Shown piece by piece: positions 9,714-19,107 of a stretch of 64,000 nt of DNA (the first letter of the stretch is position 1; each line of letters opens with the position of its first letter). Both the position numbers and the translations under genes were made by a program. The notes below the pieces were generated by a model. That model was not told the origin of the DNA and made no database searches. It saw only the letters and a list, made by a program, of their open reading frames with translations. The stretch spans positions 64,001-128,000 of the IMG/VR virus record IMGVR_UViG_3300031813_000003. One strand, 5' to 3'. Source of the DNA: a virus. Lineage: Duplodnaviria; Caudoviricetes.

Positions 9714-10916
9714 ATGTCTACCGTTCGTTCTGCAAAGCTCATCTTCGTTTCTGACGATAATCATAATAAATTCTACAACATGAACGATGATGGTTCGACA
9801 ATTCATGTTGAGTATGGTAGGGTCGGTGCAACATGTCAGACTGCATCATATCCTTCATCTAACTGGACAAAACTTCTCAACTCCAAGACCAAAAAAGGAT
9901 ATAAGGATGTAACCCATCTGTTCACTGAAGCAGTTTCATCTGCTACGGTATCCTTCCATGATATCTCTGACAAATTCGTTTCTGATCTGATCAGAAAGTT
10001 AGAATCCTACACCACAGGTCAGGTCAAGGAAAACTACCTTGTAACTGCTGATTCCGTAACTGAAAAACAGATCAGGGAAGCTCAGTCCCTTCTGAATGCA
10101 CTCTCTGGTGTTAAAAACAATAGGGAACTGAATCAAGTTCTTCTTGAAATCTTTTCAACAATTCCTAGGAAGATGAAGAAAGTTCAAGATCATCTTTACA
10201 GTGAATCCGAAACTTTCAAATACTCAATCGTAGAGAAGATCGTTTCTGAAGAACAGGACTTGCTGGATGCAATGAGTCAACAGGTCAAGCAAGTTGAACT
10301 GGTTGCTGAAAACAAGGATGACAAACTGACCTTGCTTGATGCAATGGGATTGGAAATCTGCAGCATCGATGTTAAAGATGAGCAGATTGTAAAATCTAAG
10401 CTTGCTAATCTTCGTGATAACTACATCAGGGCATTCAAAGTCAGGAACAAGAAGACCCAAGCAAAGTTCGACAAGTACCTTGGTGCAGCTGCTAACAAGA
10501 AATGCGAACTGTTCTGGCATGGTTCCAGAAATGAGAACTGGTTACCGATCCTTCAGACAGGGTTGGTTCTACGTCCTACTAATGCCGTGATCTCTGGTAA
10601 AATGTTTGGATACGGAACGTACTTCGCAGACAAGGCTCAGAAATCGTGGGGTTATACGTCAGCTAGAGGGTCTTATTGGGCAAGGGGCAATGCGTCAGAG
10701 GCTTACATGGCACTTTTCGATGTACACCTTGGAAACCAACTTCATATCAAGCGTCATGAAAGCTGGTGTTCTTCTCTGGATCGTAATAAATTGAGGGCAA
10801 GGGGAAATTATGACTCCCTATTTGCTGAGGGTGGAATCGATCTAAGAAATAATGAGTACATTGTATACGAAGAAGAACAGAGTACAATTTCTTATATAGT
10901 TCAAATGAAAGGATAA
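9714..10916 (+). CDS. PARP-like ADP-ribosyltransferase with WGR and helical regulatory domains
   Basis: N-term NHNKFY..EYGRVG (WGR); IFSTIPR (PARP_reg-like); catalytic FWHGSR, GKMFGYGTYFAD..KS.GY, NNEYIVY (H-Y-E). Confidence 0.9.
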   Translation: MSTVRSAKLIFVSDDNHNKFYNMNDDGSTIHVEYGRVGATCQTASYPSSNWTKLLNSKTKKGYKDVTHLFTEAVSSATVSFHDISDKFVSDLIRKLESYTTGQVKENYLVTADSVTEKQIREAQSLLNALSGVKNNRELNQVLLEIFSTIPRKMKKVQDHLYSESETFKYSIVEKIVSEEQDLLDAMSQQVKQVELVAENKDDKLTLLDAMGLEICSIDVKDEQIVKSKLANLRDNYIRAFKVRNKKTQAKFDKYLGAAANKKCELFWHGSRNENWLPILQTGLVLRPTNAVISGKMFGYGTYFADKAQKSWGYTSARGSYWARGNASEAYMALFDVHLGNQLHIKRHESWCSSLDRNKLRARGNYDSLFAEGGIDLRNNEYIVYEEEQSTISYIVQMKG

Positions 10917-10917
10917 A

Positions 10918-11118
10918 ATGATGCTAACAGAAGAGGAAGCTAAAACATAGAAATGCCCACATTATAGATATGGTACAAATTCAGGATGGGGATATGCTAT
11001 ATATGAATATAGTAATTGTATTGCATCTGATTGTATAATGTGGGAATTTAATTATACTTCACCTATTAATGGATTTTGTGGATTAGTTAATACAGGGCTT
11101 ACTAAGGATAACATATGA
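10918..11118 (+). pseudogene. Cys-rich small protein interrupted by in-frame TAG at 10948
   Basis: MMLTEEEAKT*KCPH...CIASDCIMW...GFCGL fills the whole gap and ends coupled to next ATG. Confidence 0.6.
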
Positions 11119-11381
11119 AACTAGATAGAGTATTACCTAACATTGGCAGAAAAGTTACTGTCAATAGTCACATAGTTATGGGGAATGGTTCTGTGTTGAA
11201 AAATCTATATGATGATGAAGAGGAATGTGAAATCATACGATTGACTACTGCTGGGCTGGTTCTGTTAGAAGATATAAAAGGAAGAACTTATTCTATCCCT
11301 GCTAGATATTGTGATCTAATCGAACCTGAAGGTGATGATGGGAACTGGATTCATGACCCTGATATGGGAGCAAGAGGCTAA
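11115..11381 (+). CDS. hypothetical protein
   Basis: AAGGA SD. Confidence 0.6.
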   Translation: MKLDRVLPNIGRKVTVNSHIVMGNGSVLKNLYDDEEECEIIRLTTAGLVLLEDIKGRTYSIPARYCDLIEPEGDDGNWIHDPDMGARG

Positions 11382-11623
11382 GTGAACAATTTCTTAATAG
11401 GGTATATTGCGGGTGCAGTTATTACAGGGTTAATCTTCATGTTTACAACAGGTAAATAAAATGTCAATACAAATTTTCAAACCAAGTAGCTGTAGACCAG
11501 AGACACCACTTGAAAATTGGTTATCATTTATCTTGTTTGCCTTGCTCATGGTTGGTGTAATGTACGGAATCATTCATGTTTTGGACTGTGCATCAACTCA
11601 TTCAATTTTGTAGTTCTTTTTAA

Positions 11624-11652
11624 TTGACAGTTAAATCGTCTTGATGTAAAGT
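11624..11652 (+). promoter_or_regulatory. sigma70-type early promoter
   Basis: TTGACA-17-TAAAGT. Confidence 0.65.
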
Positions 11653-11692
11653 GTACCTATAGTTGATCACTAAACAACATAGGAGATTCCCC

Positions 11693-12214
11693 ATGTCGAA
11701 AGAACTGCCTTACTGCGAAACCTATGCCGTTGTTTCCTCTTCTGACTACAAGGACGGTTTCACCTACGATACCTACAATATTGAAACCGAAATCAGGAAT
11801 GCTGCTGGTGGAACCTTCAGAACTGACTATGATCTGCAATCCTCTTTCAGGATCAGTAGCAGGTTCTCCACTCCCTACGCAGGGGAACTGAGAGCATTCA
11901 AACATGGTGCTTTTAGCCTTCACGATCTGGAATCTGCTACTAAGGTCATGCGTAAGGCAGAGGCAAAACTAATCAAGATGCAGGAGAAATTCGGTAACGT
12001 TACCTCTGTGACCGAAAACATCATTCGGTATCTTCAGGCTACAGGTTGCAAAGAAGTCAGGATTGCTGATCCTGAAGCTACTAACTTCCCAGGATGGGAT
12101 AACATCAATCCTCTCTCTGTCAAGACCGATCTTCAAGAGATCAGGTATGCATTGAGAAGGATCGAAAACAAAGCAAGGAAGCTTCATCCTTATGAAGGTG
12201 ATAAAAATGACTAA
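11693..12214 (+). CDS. hypothetical early protein
   Basis: AGGAG SD before ATG 11693; C-ending codon bias. Confidence 0.7.
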   Translation: MSKELPYCETYAVVSSSDYKDGFTYDTYNIETEIRNAAGGTFRTDYDLQSSFRISSRFSTPYAGELRAFKHGAFSLHDLESATKVMRKAEAKLIKMQEKFGNVTSVTENIIRYLQATGCKEVRIADPEATNFPGWDNINPLSVKTDLQEIRYALRRIENKARKLHPYEGDKND

Positions 12215-12431
12215 CAATTCCATTGTAAAACGGTATTTCACCAAACTGGATAAGAGTAGATTTCCAGAGTGTAATAACGAGGAATATCTGGAAGTCGTTA
12301 AACATCCTCTTGGGTTCTATGTGTCCCAAGGATATATGGAAATCACTAAAATTGATACTACTGGCACATACTACAAGTGGATTCCGATTGTCGAAGCTAA
12401 ACAAAAACTTAACAAGGGAGATCAAGAGTGA
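12207..12431 (+). CDS. hypothetical protein
   Basis: Overlaps upstream stop. Confidence 0.55.
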   Translation: MTNNSIVKRYFTKLDKSRFPECNNEEYLEVVKHPLGFYVSQGYMEITKIDTTGTYYKWIPIVEAKQKLNKGDQE

Positions 12432-12844
12432 AGAATGCTAAACTGTTCAAAGATGGGGATATTTTTATCAAGTCAATGGAAGAATTGATTAAAAGATACC
12501 AGAAAGCAATTGAGCTTGGTATTTCTAAATCTTCATATGAAGACTCTAAAGGTATGCAGTGTCTTCTTTGTAATCCTATTAATGCTGCACATAATAGAGA
12601 TCACTATATCAATGAATGTCCTGACGCTAATCCTGATGAAGATTATGATATTGCATGTAAACTTCTAGGTTGCCCTTGGATTGTGATTCTTGGAATGACT
12701 TGTCATGAGTTTTCTGATATGCGTAATATGTACAGTAATATATACCATAATTGTGATCCTGATATTATGAAAAATAGGATTCGTCAGATCAGGAACTGGA
12801 TTAAGATTTACAAAGCACATATGGAGTCCCTCAAAGAAAAATAA
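12428..12844 (+). CDS. hypothetical Cys-rich protein
   Basis: GGGAG SD, GTG start, CLLC...CPW...C. Confidence 0.6.
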   Translation: MKNAKLFKDGDIFIKSMEELIKRYQKAIELGISKSSYEDSKGMQCLLCNPINAAHNRDHYINECPDANPDEDYDIACKLLGCPWIVILGMTCHEFSDMRNMYSNIYHNCDPDIMKNRIRQIRNWIKIYKAHMESLKEK

Positions 12845-12881
12845 ATGATATATTATCATATAGGCTAAAGGAATAACTAAA

Positions 12882-13094
12882 ATGGATGTTTATTGTAGCT
12901 GTGGTAAATATATGGGTGTTATCCTTGCTGGTAGCAATCTAAGAAAGGAATTTGGTGTTATTTGTAATGAATGTCACTATGAATTTATTTCTATGAAGCG
13001 TGAGAAGAATAGCATTAAAAGACCGCATTCATCATATGATAAAGATAAGCCATTTGGTGATATCTTTAATGATATTTTCGGAAAAGGAAAATAA
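12882..13094 (+). CDS. small Zn-ribbon protein
   Basis: CSCG...CNEC. Confidence 0.55.
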   Translation: MDVYCSCGKYMGVILAGSNLRKEFGVICNECHYEFISMKREKNSIKRPHSSYDKDKPFGDIFNDIFGKGK

Positions 13095-13096
13095 TC

Positions 13097-13285
13097 ATGG
13101 TCTGGAGTAAAGATTTAGTATATATCACAAGAGGAAATTACATGGCATTGTTCACTACACCTTGCAATCAAAATGAATGCCTGTATCAACTTACAGCTTA
13201 TTGTATGCAGAATTATAGAAATACAACACCCAATTCACCAACATGTGAAAATTTAATAAAGGCTAAGGATAAAGTAAATGACTAA
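13097..13285 (+). CDS. hypothetical protein
   Basis: Short Cys-containing ORF. Confidence 0.45.
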   Translation: MVWSKDLVYITRGNYMALFTTPCNQNECLYQLTAYCMQNYRNTTPNSPTCENLIKAKDKVND

Positions 13286-13577
13286 AAATGAAGAAACACT
13301 TGTAACAATTCTATTAATCCCACTTTTTATGATAGGTACATTGAAAATTGTTGTCCCTACCGTTCAATCAATCTGGATGATGCTTGTCTATCCAACAACC
13401 CATTACCCTCTGTCAACTGGTGTAGTTCTATTCACTTCCATTGCAGCTGGCCTACTTAAATACAAATTAGAAGATGAAAATCAAGATTTAAAACATACGA
13501 TTTCCTTTGCGGTTTGATTTTATGCAATGTTAGGCATCTGTTGGGTATTTGCATACGTCTACACTTTTTTCATTTAA
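13278..13577 (+). pseudogene. membrane protein with in-frame TGA at 13515-17
   Basis: After the TGA the frame continues FYAMLGICWVFAYVYTFFI* (a further hydrophobic helix) to TAA 13575-77. Confidence 0.5.
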
Positions 13578-13580
13578 AAA

Positions 13581-13633
13581 TTGACTTGTAATCTCCTTTG
13601 TGTTAAGGTTGAATCAAATCAAACCCAAAGGAG
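13581..13633 (+). promoter_or_regulatory. early promoter with anti-SD arm
   Basis: TTGACT-17-TAAGGT; CTCCTTTG (13593-600) complementary to CAAAGGAG (13626-33). Confidence 0.7.
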
Positions 13634-13640
13634 TTTTCAT

Positions 13641-13943
13641 ATGAGTAGTATATTTGAAATAGACATCTTGGTTGAAAATGAATTCATTTCTGATCAAGAA
13701 GAACTTGCACATTGGTTGTTAGGGCAAAACAAACCTGTGATTCTCTCTGCTGAATCATCAATGGTTGATGTAGTGATGTTGATTCCTGGGATGTTCAAAT
13801 CTAGAACTGATGCAAGGAAGAACGGTTGGGAAGGGAAAGAAATCCCCAATGGAATGTCTGATTGGGTTGTTGGAAAGAAAAAGTGGAGAATCTGGATTTT
13901 TAAACCAATGAAAATGAACCCGAAAGAATCGGGAGGGAGATAA
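13641..13943 (+). CDS. S4-like RNA-binding protein resembling TyrRS C-terminal domain
   Basis: GMFKSRTDARK...VVGKKK resembles TyrRS S4 'GL..SKSEARR...VGKKK'. Confidence 0.5.
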   Translation: MSSIFEIDILVENEFISDQEELAHWLLGQNKPVILSAESSMVDVVMLIPGMFKSRTDARKNGWEGKEIPNGMSDWVVGKKKWRIWIFKPMKMNPKESGGR

Positions 13944-13944
13944 G

Positions 13945-14130
13945 ATGATTAGATATTTGTATATGTTGTTTGCTCTTTTAACTGCTATTGTAGGTTACCA
14001 TATTCATAATAGTATTTTCTGGTCTATTGTGGATTATATTTTTTGTCCGTTTGTTATTGGTAAATGGTTTGTTTACCATGAAATTACACTATCAATCATC
14101 AAATCTACATTTATGTGGTTCTTTGTATAA
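13945..14130 (+). CDS. small membrane protein
   Basis: Hydrophobic 61 aa, GGAGG SD. Confidence 0.55.
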   Translation: MIRYLYMLFALLTAIVGYHIHNSIFWSIVDYIFCPFVIGKWFVYHEITLSIIKSTFMWFFV

Positions 14131-14331
14131 ATGATTGAGATAGTTCATACAGTAGAAACAAAAGTTTTCATTTGTCCTATCTGCGGTAGAAAAGATGCTG
14201 AAATATATCATAGAAACACCGCATATCATGATTACTGGAGAAATGTTGCGGTTGCTTGTGAATACTGTCAGAGAGAAGAATATGAGTACTATGCGGATTT
14301 GTGGGCTGATTACTATGGAGGGTTATTATGA
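14131..14331 (+). CDS. small Zn-finger protein
   Basis: CPICG...CEYC. Confidence 0.55.
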   Translation: MIEIVHTVETKVFICPICGRKDAEIYHRNTAYHDYWRNVAVACEYCQREEYEYYADLWADYYGGLL

Positions 14332-14828
14332 AAAACTTAGTCCTGAAAGCTATCCAGTTTGCATCCGAAAAACACGAAGGGCAGTTTAGGAAATTTGATA
14401 ACTCTCCTTATGTAGGTCACCCTCTTGCAGTAAGTTATATTGTCGCTAGTTTCAAGAAGTCAAAGCATCTAAATGAGATTCTAGCGGCATGTTTACTCCA
14501 TGATACACTAGAGGATACAGATACTAATTTCGTGGAACTAGCAACCGAATTTAGCCCTCTGGTTGCGTCTCTGGTGCTTGAGTTGACCTCTGATAACGAT
14601 GCAATTACAATAATGGGCAAATGTGACTATCTGAAGACTAAGATGGTTGGAATCTCCTCATATGCTCTGATTATCAAACTTGCCGATAGACTCCATAATG
14701 TTTCTGATCACCCTACGCAGAAAACCATTGATGATACCAAGTCGATCCTAGATCATTTGGAAAAGAAACGTAAATTAACCAAAACTCACAAAGAACTTAT
14801 CAAAGAAATAAGAAATAAATTGACGTAA
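14328..14828 (+). CDS. HD-domain small alarmone hydrolase (Mesh1/SpoT-HD-like)
   Basis: HEGQFRK..PYVGHP, LLHDTLEDT, IKLADRLHN. Confidence 0.85.
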   Translation: MKNLVLKAIQFASEKHEGQFRKFDNSPYVGHPLAVSYIVASFKKSKHLNEILAACLLHDTLEDTDTNFVELATEFSPLVASLVLELTSDNDAITIMGKCDYLKTKMVGISSYALIIKLADRLHNVSDHPTQKTIDDTKSILDHLEKKRKLTKTHKELIKEIRNKLT

Positions 14829-14883
14829 AATGATCTTTGGGTTATAGTCGTTTTGTAGCTAACGAAATCACGAAGGAGATCAT
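14820..14883 (+). promoter_or_regulatory. early promoter with partial anti-SD arm
   Basis: TTGACG-17-TATAGT; ATGATCTTT pairs with GGAGATCAT (2 G-U). Confidence 0.6.
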
Positions 14884-15069
14884 ATGTTACTTCAAGAAGG
14901 TAAGAAATACATCAATTGTTTCAACGATGAAATCACTGTTACTCTTACCCATCCTGAATCCAATTTCCCCTTCACTGGTTCTGACTTTTGCCGTTACATG
15001 GCAGATGGACGTTACATCGAAGATATCGGTAGACCTGTCAATGATCTTGATCTGAAGGAGATTCTGTAA
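14884..15069 (+). CDS. hypothetical early protein
   Basis: AAGGAG SD. Confidence 0.6.
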   Translation: MLLQEGKKYINCFNDEITVTLTHPESNFPFTGSDFCRYMADGRYIEDIGRPVNDLDLKEIL

Positions 15070-15391
15070 TGGCGATCAAATCTTTTGAAGAACTGAATGA
15101 ATCGTCACAGATCGTATATGGAATTGCTTATACAGGGAATGATGGTAATCTCAAATGGTATATGGATAGTACCATTTATAGAGGGTTGGTAATATCTGGT
15201 CTATAACAACTTTTATAAACATAGAAGATGCTGGAGTTGTTTTTAAATCACTTCAATTTCAGAAATATCCTAAAAAAGTAGGAACTAAAAATACCATTTT
15301 TGGTGGAACCAAAGATGTGTATGAAATGTCACTTAGGTATCCAAATGCAAAGATTGTAAAATTTAAAATATCCAATATTGAGGTAGTGTAA
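15069..15391 (+). pseudogene. hypothetical gene with -1 frameshift near 15185
   Basis: MAIKSFEE...IYRG then -1 frame GNIWSITT...NIEVV* ending in coupled TAATG. Confidence 0.5.
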
Positions 15392-15774
15392 TGCCTGAAG
15401 TGAAATGCTACAAGATCAGAAATAAAGATGGTCTTTACTCCACAGGGACAACTTCCCCTAGATGGTATAAAAATGGAAAGACTTGGAGTACTAGAGCAGC
15501 TATCATGTCACACCTGACACAGTTTGTTTCCAGTAACGGTAAGTATATCGAAAAGACATACAAAGATACTGATGAAATTGTAGAGTTTGTTGTATCTACA
15601 GTTGAAGGGTCTTCTATGAATGTTAGGGATGAACTTCTTAGACTTCAAACCAATAAACAGAAGAAAGAATTGGTACATCAAGAACAAAGGGCTAAATATC
15701 AGATTCAAGCTGCTGAACAAGCATTGAAGTATGCCCAAGATAAATTAACCAAACTCAAAGGAGATTCAAAATGA
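15391..15774 (+). CDS. hypothetical protein with C-terminal coiled coil
   Basis: GAGG SD; YKIRNKDGLYSTG..W..GKTW. Confidence 0.65.
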   Translation: MPEVKCYKIRNKDGLYSTGTTSPRWYKNGKTWSTRAAIMSHLTQFVSSNGKYIEKTYKDTDEIVEFVVSTVEGSSMNVRDELLRLQTNKQKKELVHQEQRAKYQIQAAEQALKYAQDKLTKLKGDSK

Positions 15775-15962
15775 TTACCGAATACACCAATTACATCACC
15801 TTCTTTACTGGTGCGTACCTGATGTTCCTGGCTTTTTGTATGGAAACTAAAAATTTTGGGTCAAGTATAATTTTCAAAATTATACCATTTGTCCTAGGAG
15901 TTGGATGCTGGGGAGTTGCCGCAAAACTTTTTAACCTCATTTAATACCCAAGGAGGATTTAC

Positions 15963-17081
15963 ATGTTAGAAGTTCAGAAATACTTAAAAGCTGCTCATAC
16001 CTTTGAAATGCTTACTGCAGAGTATGGTATCAAGGTTAATCGTCATATTGAATACCCTATGGCAATACTTAATTATGATCAGATTGAATCTCCTAAGATG
16101 GAACTGATTGTGCGTGAATGCCGTGGACTAGTTCTGGATACCAATACCTTCGAAATCGTAGCAGGGTGTATGCCTCGTTTCTTCAACATGGGCGAAGCTC
16201 TGGAGATCACCAATGACTTCGTGTGGGATGATAAAATGACCATGAGAACCAAGGAAGATGGTTCTATCATCACCTACTTCTGGAATCCTTATGCTAAAGC
16301 TTGGACTGTAAAAACTAGAGGTTCTTGGGCTGATATGCCTATCGGTGAGAACCTTCCTCGTTGGGATGAACTAGTACTTTCCTTGCTTCCAGAACTTCCT
16401 TACGGTGAATGTTTTGATACCGCATGTTCTTATGTGTTTGAGCTTTGCACTGAATTCAATCAGGTAGTGCGGCTTTACCCTGAACCCAAACTTTTTCTTT
16501 TGACTATTATCATTAATGTTAATAATGAAGAATTTGTGGATGGAGGGATCACTTGGTGTGCAAATGCAAAGGGATTGGAACGTCCTGCGCTTATAAACCT
16601 GAAAGATGAAGCAGCTGTTCGTGCTTATATCCAGACCCTAGAAGAGACTGATGGGACTGCTGAAGGTCTGGTTCTTCGTGACCGTAACAATCTGAGAATG
16701 AAGGTGAAATCTTCTACTTACCTTGCTTATTCTCGTTTGGGTAACAATGGCAATATTTCGTCTGACAAGAATTTGGTTCCGTTGATCTTGGCTAACGAAC
16801 AGGACGAAGCAATTGCTATCTATCCCAGGATCAAGGAAAGAGTTTATGAACTGGAAATGGTCATCAACGATCTTTTCAATGATCTTAGCTGTGTTTGGCA
16901 TAAGTGTCATCTAATCGAAGATCAGAAAGAATTTGCTCTTACTGTTATAAAGGAATTCAAGTCACCATTCTCCAGCATCCTATTCACTTTGAAGAAGAAT
17001 GGGTTGATCCACAATTATGTTGAACTGGAGAAGGAGTTCAGACTGAACGGAAATTTACTACTGAAGGTTATTGAGGGCTAA
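15963..17081 (+). CDS. rnlA: T4 Rnl1-like RNA ligase
   Basis: RECRGLVL, RFFNMGE, motif I KEDGS, FEL, EGLV, KVKS. Confidence 0.88.
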   Translation: MLEVQKYLKAAHTFEMLTAEYGIKVNRHIEYPMAILNYDQIESPKMELIVRECRGLVLDTNTFEIVAGCMPRFFNMGEALEITNDFVWDDKMTMRTKEDGSIITYFWNPYAKAWTVKTRGSWADMPIGENLPRWDELVLSLLPELPYGECFDTACSYVFELCTEFNQVVRLYPEPKLFLLTIIINVNNEEFVDGGITWCANAKGLERPALINLKDEAAVRAYIQTLEETDGTAEGLVLRDRNNLRMKVKSSTYLAYSRLGNNGNISSDKNLVPLILANEQDEAIAIYPRIKERVYELEMVINDLFNDLSCVWHKCHLIEDQKEFALTVIKEFKSPFSSILFTLKKNGLIHNYVELEKEFRLNGNLLLKVIEG

Positions 17082-17321
17082 ATGATTAGTATGACGTTTG
17101 TTGTTATTGCTGCGCTAATAGTATGGTTTGTTATTGGTGCTGTAACTTTTTGGTATATGGAAACAAGGGCATGTAGTAGAGATATTGGCATTGAGACATT
17201 GCCTTTAATGTTTGCGGTATCTTGCTGCGGTTTTATTGCATTCTTATATGCTGTTGGATATACCTGTTACTATAAATTTGAAGGTATGGTAATATTCAAA
17301 GCCAAAAAGAGGAAAGAATGA
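17082..17321 (+). CDS. membrane protein (paralogue of 17318-17548)
   Basis: WFVIGAVTF...VIFKAK. Confidence 0.6.
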   Translation: MISMTFVVIAALIVWFVIGAVTFWYMETRACSRDIGIETLPLMFAVSCCGFIAFLYAVGYTCYYKFEGMVIFKAKKRKE

Positions 17322-17548
17322 ATTCAACCATGATATTGCTGCTGATTGTAGGATGGTTTGTTGTAGGAGCATATACTTTCATCCATTGGCAAACCAGAGT
17401 TGAAAAGAAAGATTTGCTGCTGTCTGATTTTGGTATTACTCTAGGATTTGGATTACTAGGGTTGATTTCAGTAATTATATATTTTTTTACTATTCACCCA
17501 ATTACTCTTTCAGAAATTGGAAAAAAGGTAATAATTAAAGCAAAATAA
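17318..17548 (+). CDS. membrane protein (paralogue of 17082-17321)
   Basis: WFVVGAYTF...VIIKAK. Confidence 0.6.
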   Translation: MNSTMILLLIVGWFVVGAYTFIHWQTRVEKKDLLLSDFGITLGFGLLGLISVIIYFFTIHPITLSEIGKKVIIKAK

Positions 17549-17549
17549 A

Positions 17550-17609
17550 TTGACAAACAAATCTCCTTTGTGGTACAGTTGATTTATCAATTGAACACAA
17601 AGGAGATTT
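17550..17609 (+). promoter_or_regulatory. early promoter with perfect 14-bp anti-SD/SD inverted repeat
   Basis: TTGACA-18-TACAGT; AAATCTCCTTTGTG / CACAAAGGAGATTT. Confidence 0.75.
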
Positions 17610-17610
17610 C

Positions 17611-18822
17611 ATGTTTAAAAGCCTCGCACATAAAACTTACGCAGTTGGGGGAAGCATTCGCAACGAATTTCTTGGGCTTGAAGCAAAAGACCTTGATTTC
17701 GTTGTTGCCGAAACGTCAGTTGCCGAATTTGAAGCTATCTTTCCTGATGTTGAGAAAGTGGGTAACAACTTTCCGGTTTACCTTCTTCCTGATTTCACTG
17801 GAGAAAAACACGAAGTAGCCCTTGCAAGGGTGGAAACTTCTACTGGTGATTCATATCAGGATTTCAACTTCGTTGCTGGTGTGACGATTGAAGAAGACCT
17901 TGGGCGCAGAGACTTCACCATCAACAGTATGGCACGTAATGTTGTTACTGGTGAACTGGTCGACCCACACAACGGTCAGAAAGACCTGAAGCTTGGGCTG
18001 ATCCGTACCATCAACAAGAATGCCTTTATAGACGATTCTCTGAGGATTCTCAGGGGTGTTCGTTTCGCAAATGAATTTGGTATGGTTATCGAATTTGATA
18101 CATTCAACCAGATGAAAGCTGCCAAACATCTGCTGAAAGCAATCCCTTCTGAGAGGGTAATAGCTGAACTGGAAAAAAACTACAAAAGAAGTGAGAAACC
18201 TTCCAGATTCTTCAAACTCTTGAAAGAAATGGATGCACTTCAGATTCATTTCAAACCTCTGTATGTCATGACCAAAGTAACCGCAGGACCTAATCAGTTC
18301 CATAATGGCAAGACTGCATTTGAACACGCAATGGATGCATTCGACTACGCTAAAAAACATGGTTACAGCTTCGATGTTGCCCTCGCAGGACTGTTCCACG
18401 ATACTGGTAAAGGTGTTACTAAGAAGTCGATCCTTCCTCACCACTATGGGCATGAAGTCATGTCTTACCTGATCAATAAACAGTTTGTCAAGCAACACCG
18501 TTTCACCAAGAAACAGGAAGAATTGATAGTGACTTTCGCAAGGCAACACATGTACTTTCATCTGTTGGAGAAGATCAAGACCCCTGTGAAACTGGTAAGG
18601 TTCTACAAGAAGATCAGGAAACATGCTGCTGATATCATACTAGCTGCAAACACTGATCATGAACTGACTCCCGAAAAGCTAGTGATCCTTGATCGTCTGG
18701 AAAGGACTTTCAAAGAAACTGTGATAGAAGTTCCCAAGGAAATCCTGAAGAAAGGTGGAGATCATGTTGTGACTTTTGTTGAGAACCAGTATGCTCAAAA
18801 GTACAAGGAGCTTTCCAGATGA
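17611..18822 (+). CDS. cca: CCA-adding tRNA nucleotidyltransferase with HD domain
   Basis: VGGSIRN..DLDFVV, EEDLGRRDFTINSMA, DSLRILRG.RF, LFHDTGKG. Confidence 0.9.
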   Translation: MFKSLAHKTYAVGGSIRNEFLGLEAKDLDFVVAETSVAEFEAIFPDVEKVGNNFPVYLLPDFTGEKHEVALARVETSTGDSYQDFNFVAGVTIEEDLGRRDFTINSMARNVVTGELVDPHNGQKDLKLGLIRTINKNAFIDDSLRILRGVRFANEFGMVIEFDTFNQMKAAKHLLKAIPSERVIAELEKNYKRSEKPSRFFKLLKEMDALQIHFKPLYVMTKVTAGPNQFHNGKTAFEHAMDAFDYAKKHGYSFDVALAGLFHDTGKGVTKKSILPHHYGHEVMSYLINKQFVKQHRFTKKQEELIVTFARQHMYFHLLEKIKTPVKLVRFYKKIRKHAADIILAANTDHELTPEKLVILDRLERTFKETVIEVPKEILKKGGDHVVTFVENQYAQKYKELSR

Positions 18823-19010
18823 TAGGCATTCAACGTGAGCATGTGAAAGAACGTATTGCCAGATATCGTGAACAATTCCCCGATGATCCTAGGGAAGATT
18901 GGGTCATCGGGGAAGCACTTGGTATGATGCATGATTCAAAGAACACATACTGGACAGATTTTCATTGTTCTTTATGTGATAAAAGATGGACTGAGGATGG
19001 GAGTAAATAA
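18819..19010 (+). CDS. hypothetical protein
   Basis: Coupled ATGA. Confidence 0.5.
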   Translation: MIGIQREHVKERIARYREQFPDDPREDWVIGEALGMMHDSKNTYWTDFHCSLCDKRWTEDGSK

Positions 19011-19107
19011 CATATAGTCACAGGGTCACCATGATAAATATCCTATCATAAATTATAAATCTGATATAGAATTTATAAAATGTGTAATGTTATAACGGAG
19101 TATAACA

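Noticed and set aside
10948-13517. Alternative genetic code (stop reassignment)
   Set aside because: The internal stops are different codons, TAG and TGA end many genes normally, and long genes are intact in code 11
17851-18624. Long antisense ORFs (also 43654-44541, 5312-5842 and others)
   Set aside because: Shadows of well-supported + strand genes with biased codon use; no SD, late motif or recognisable domain
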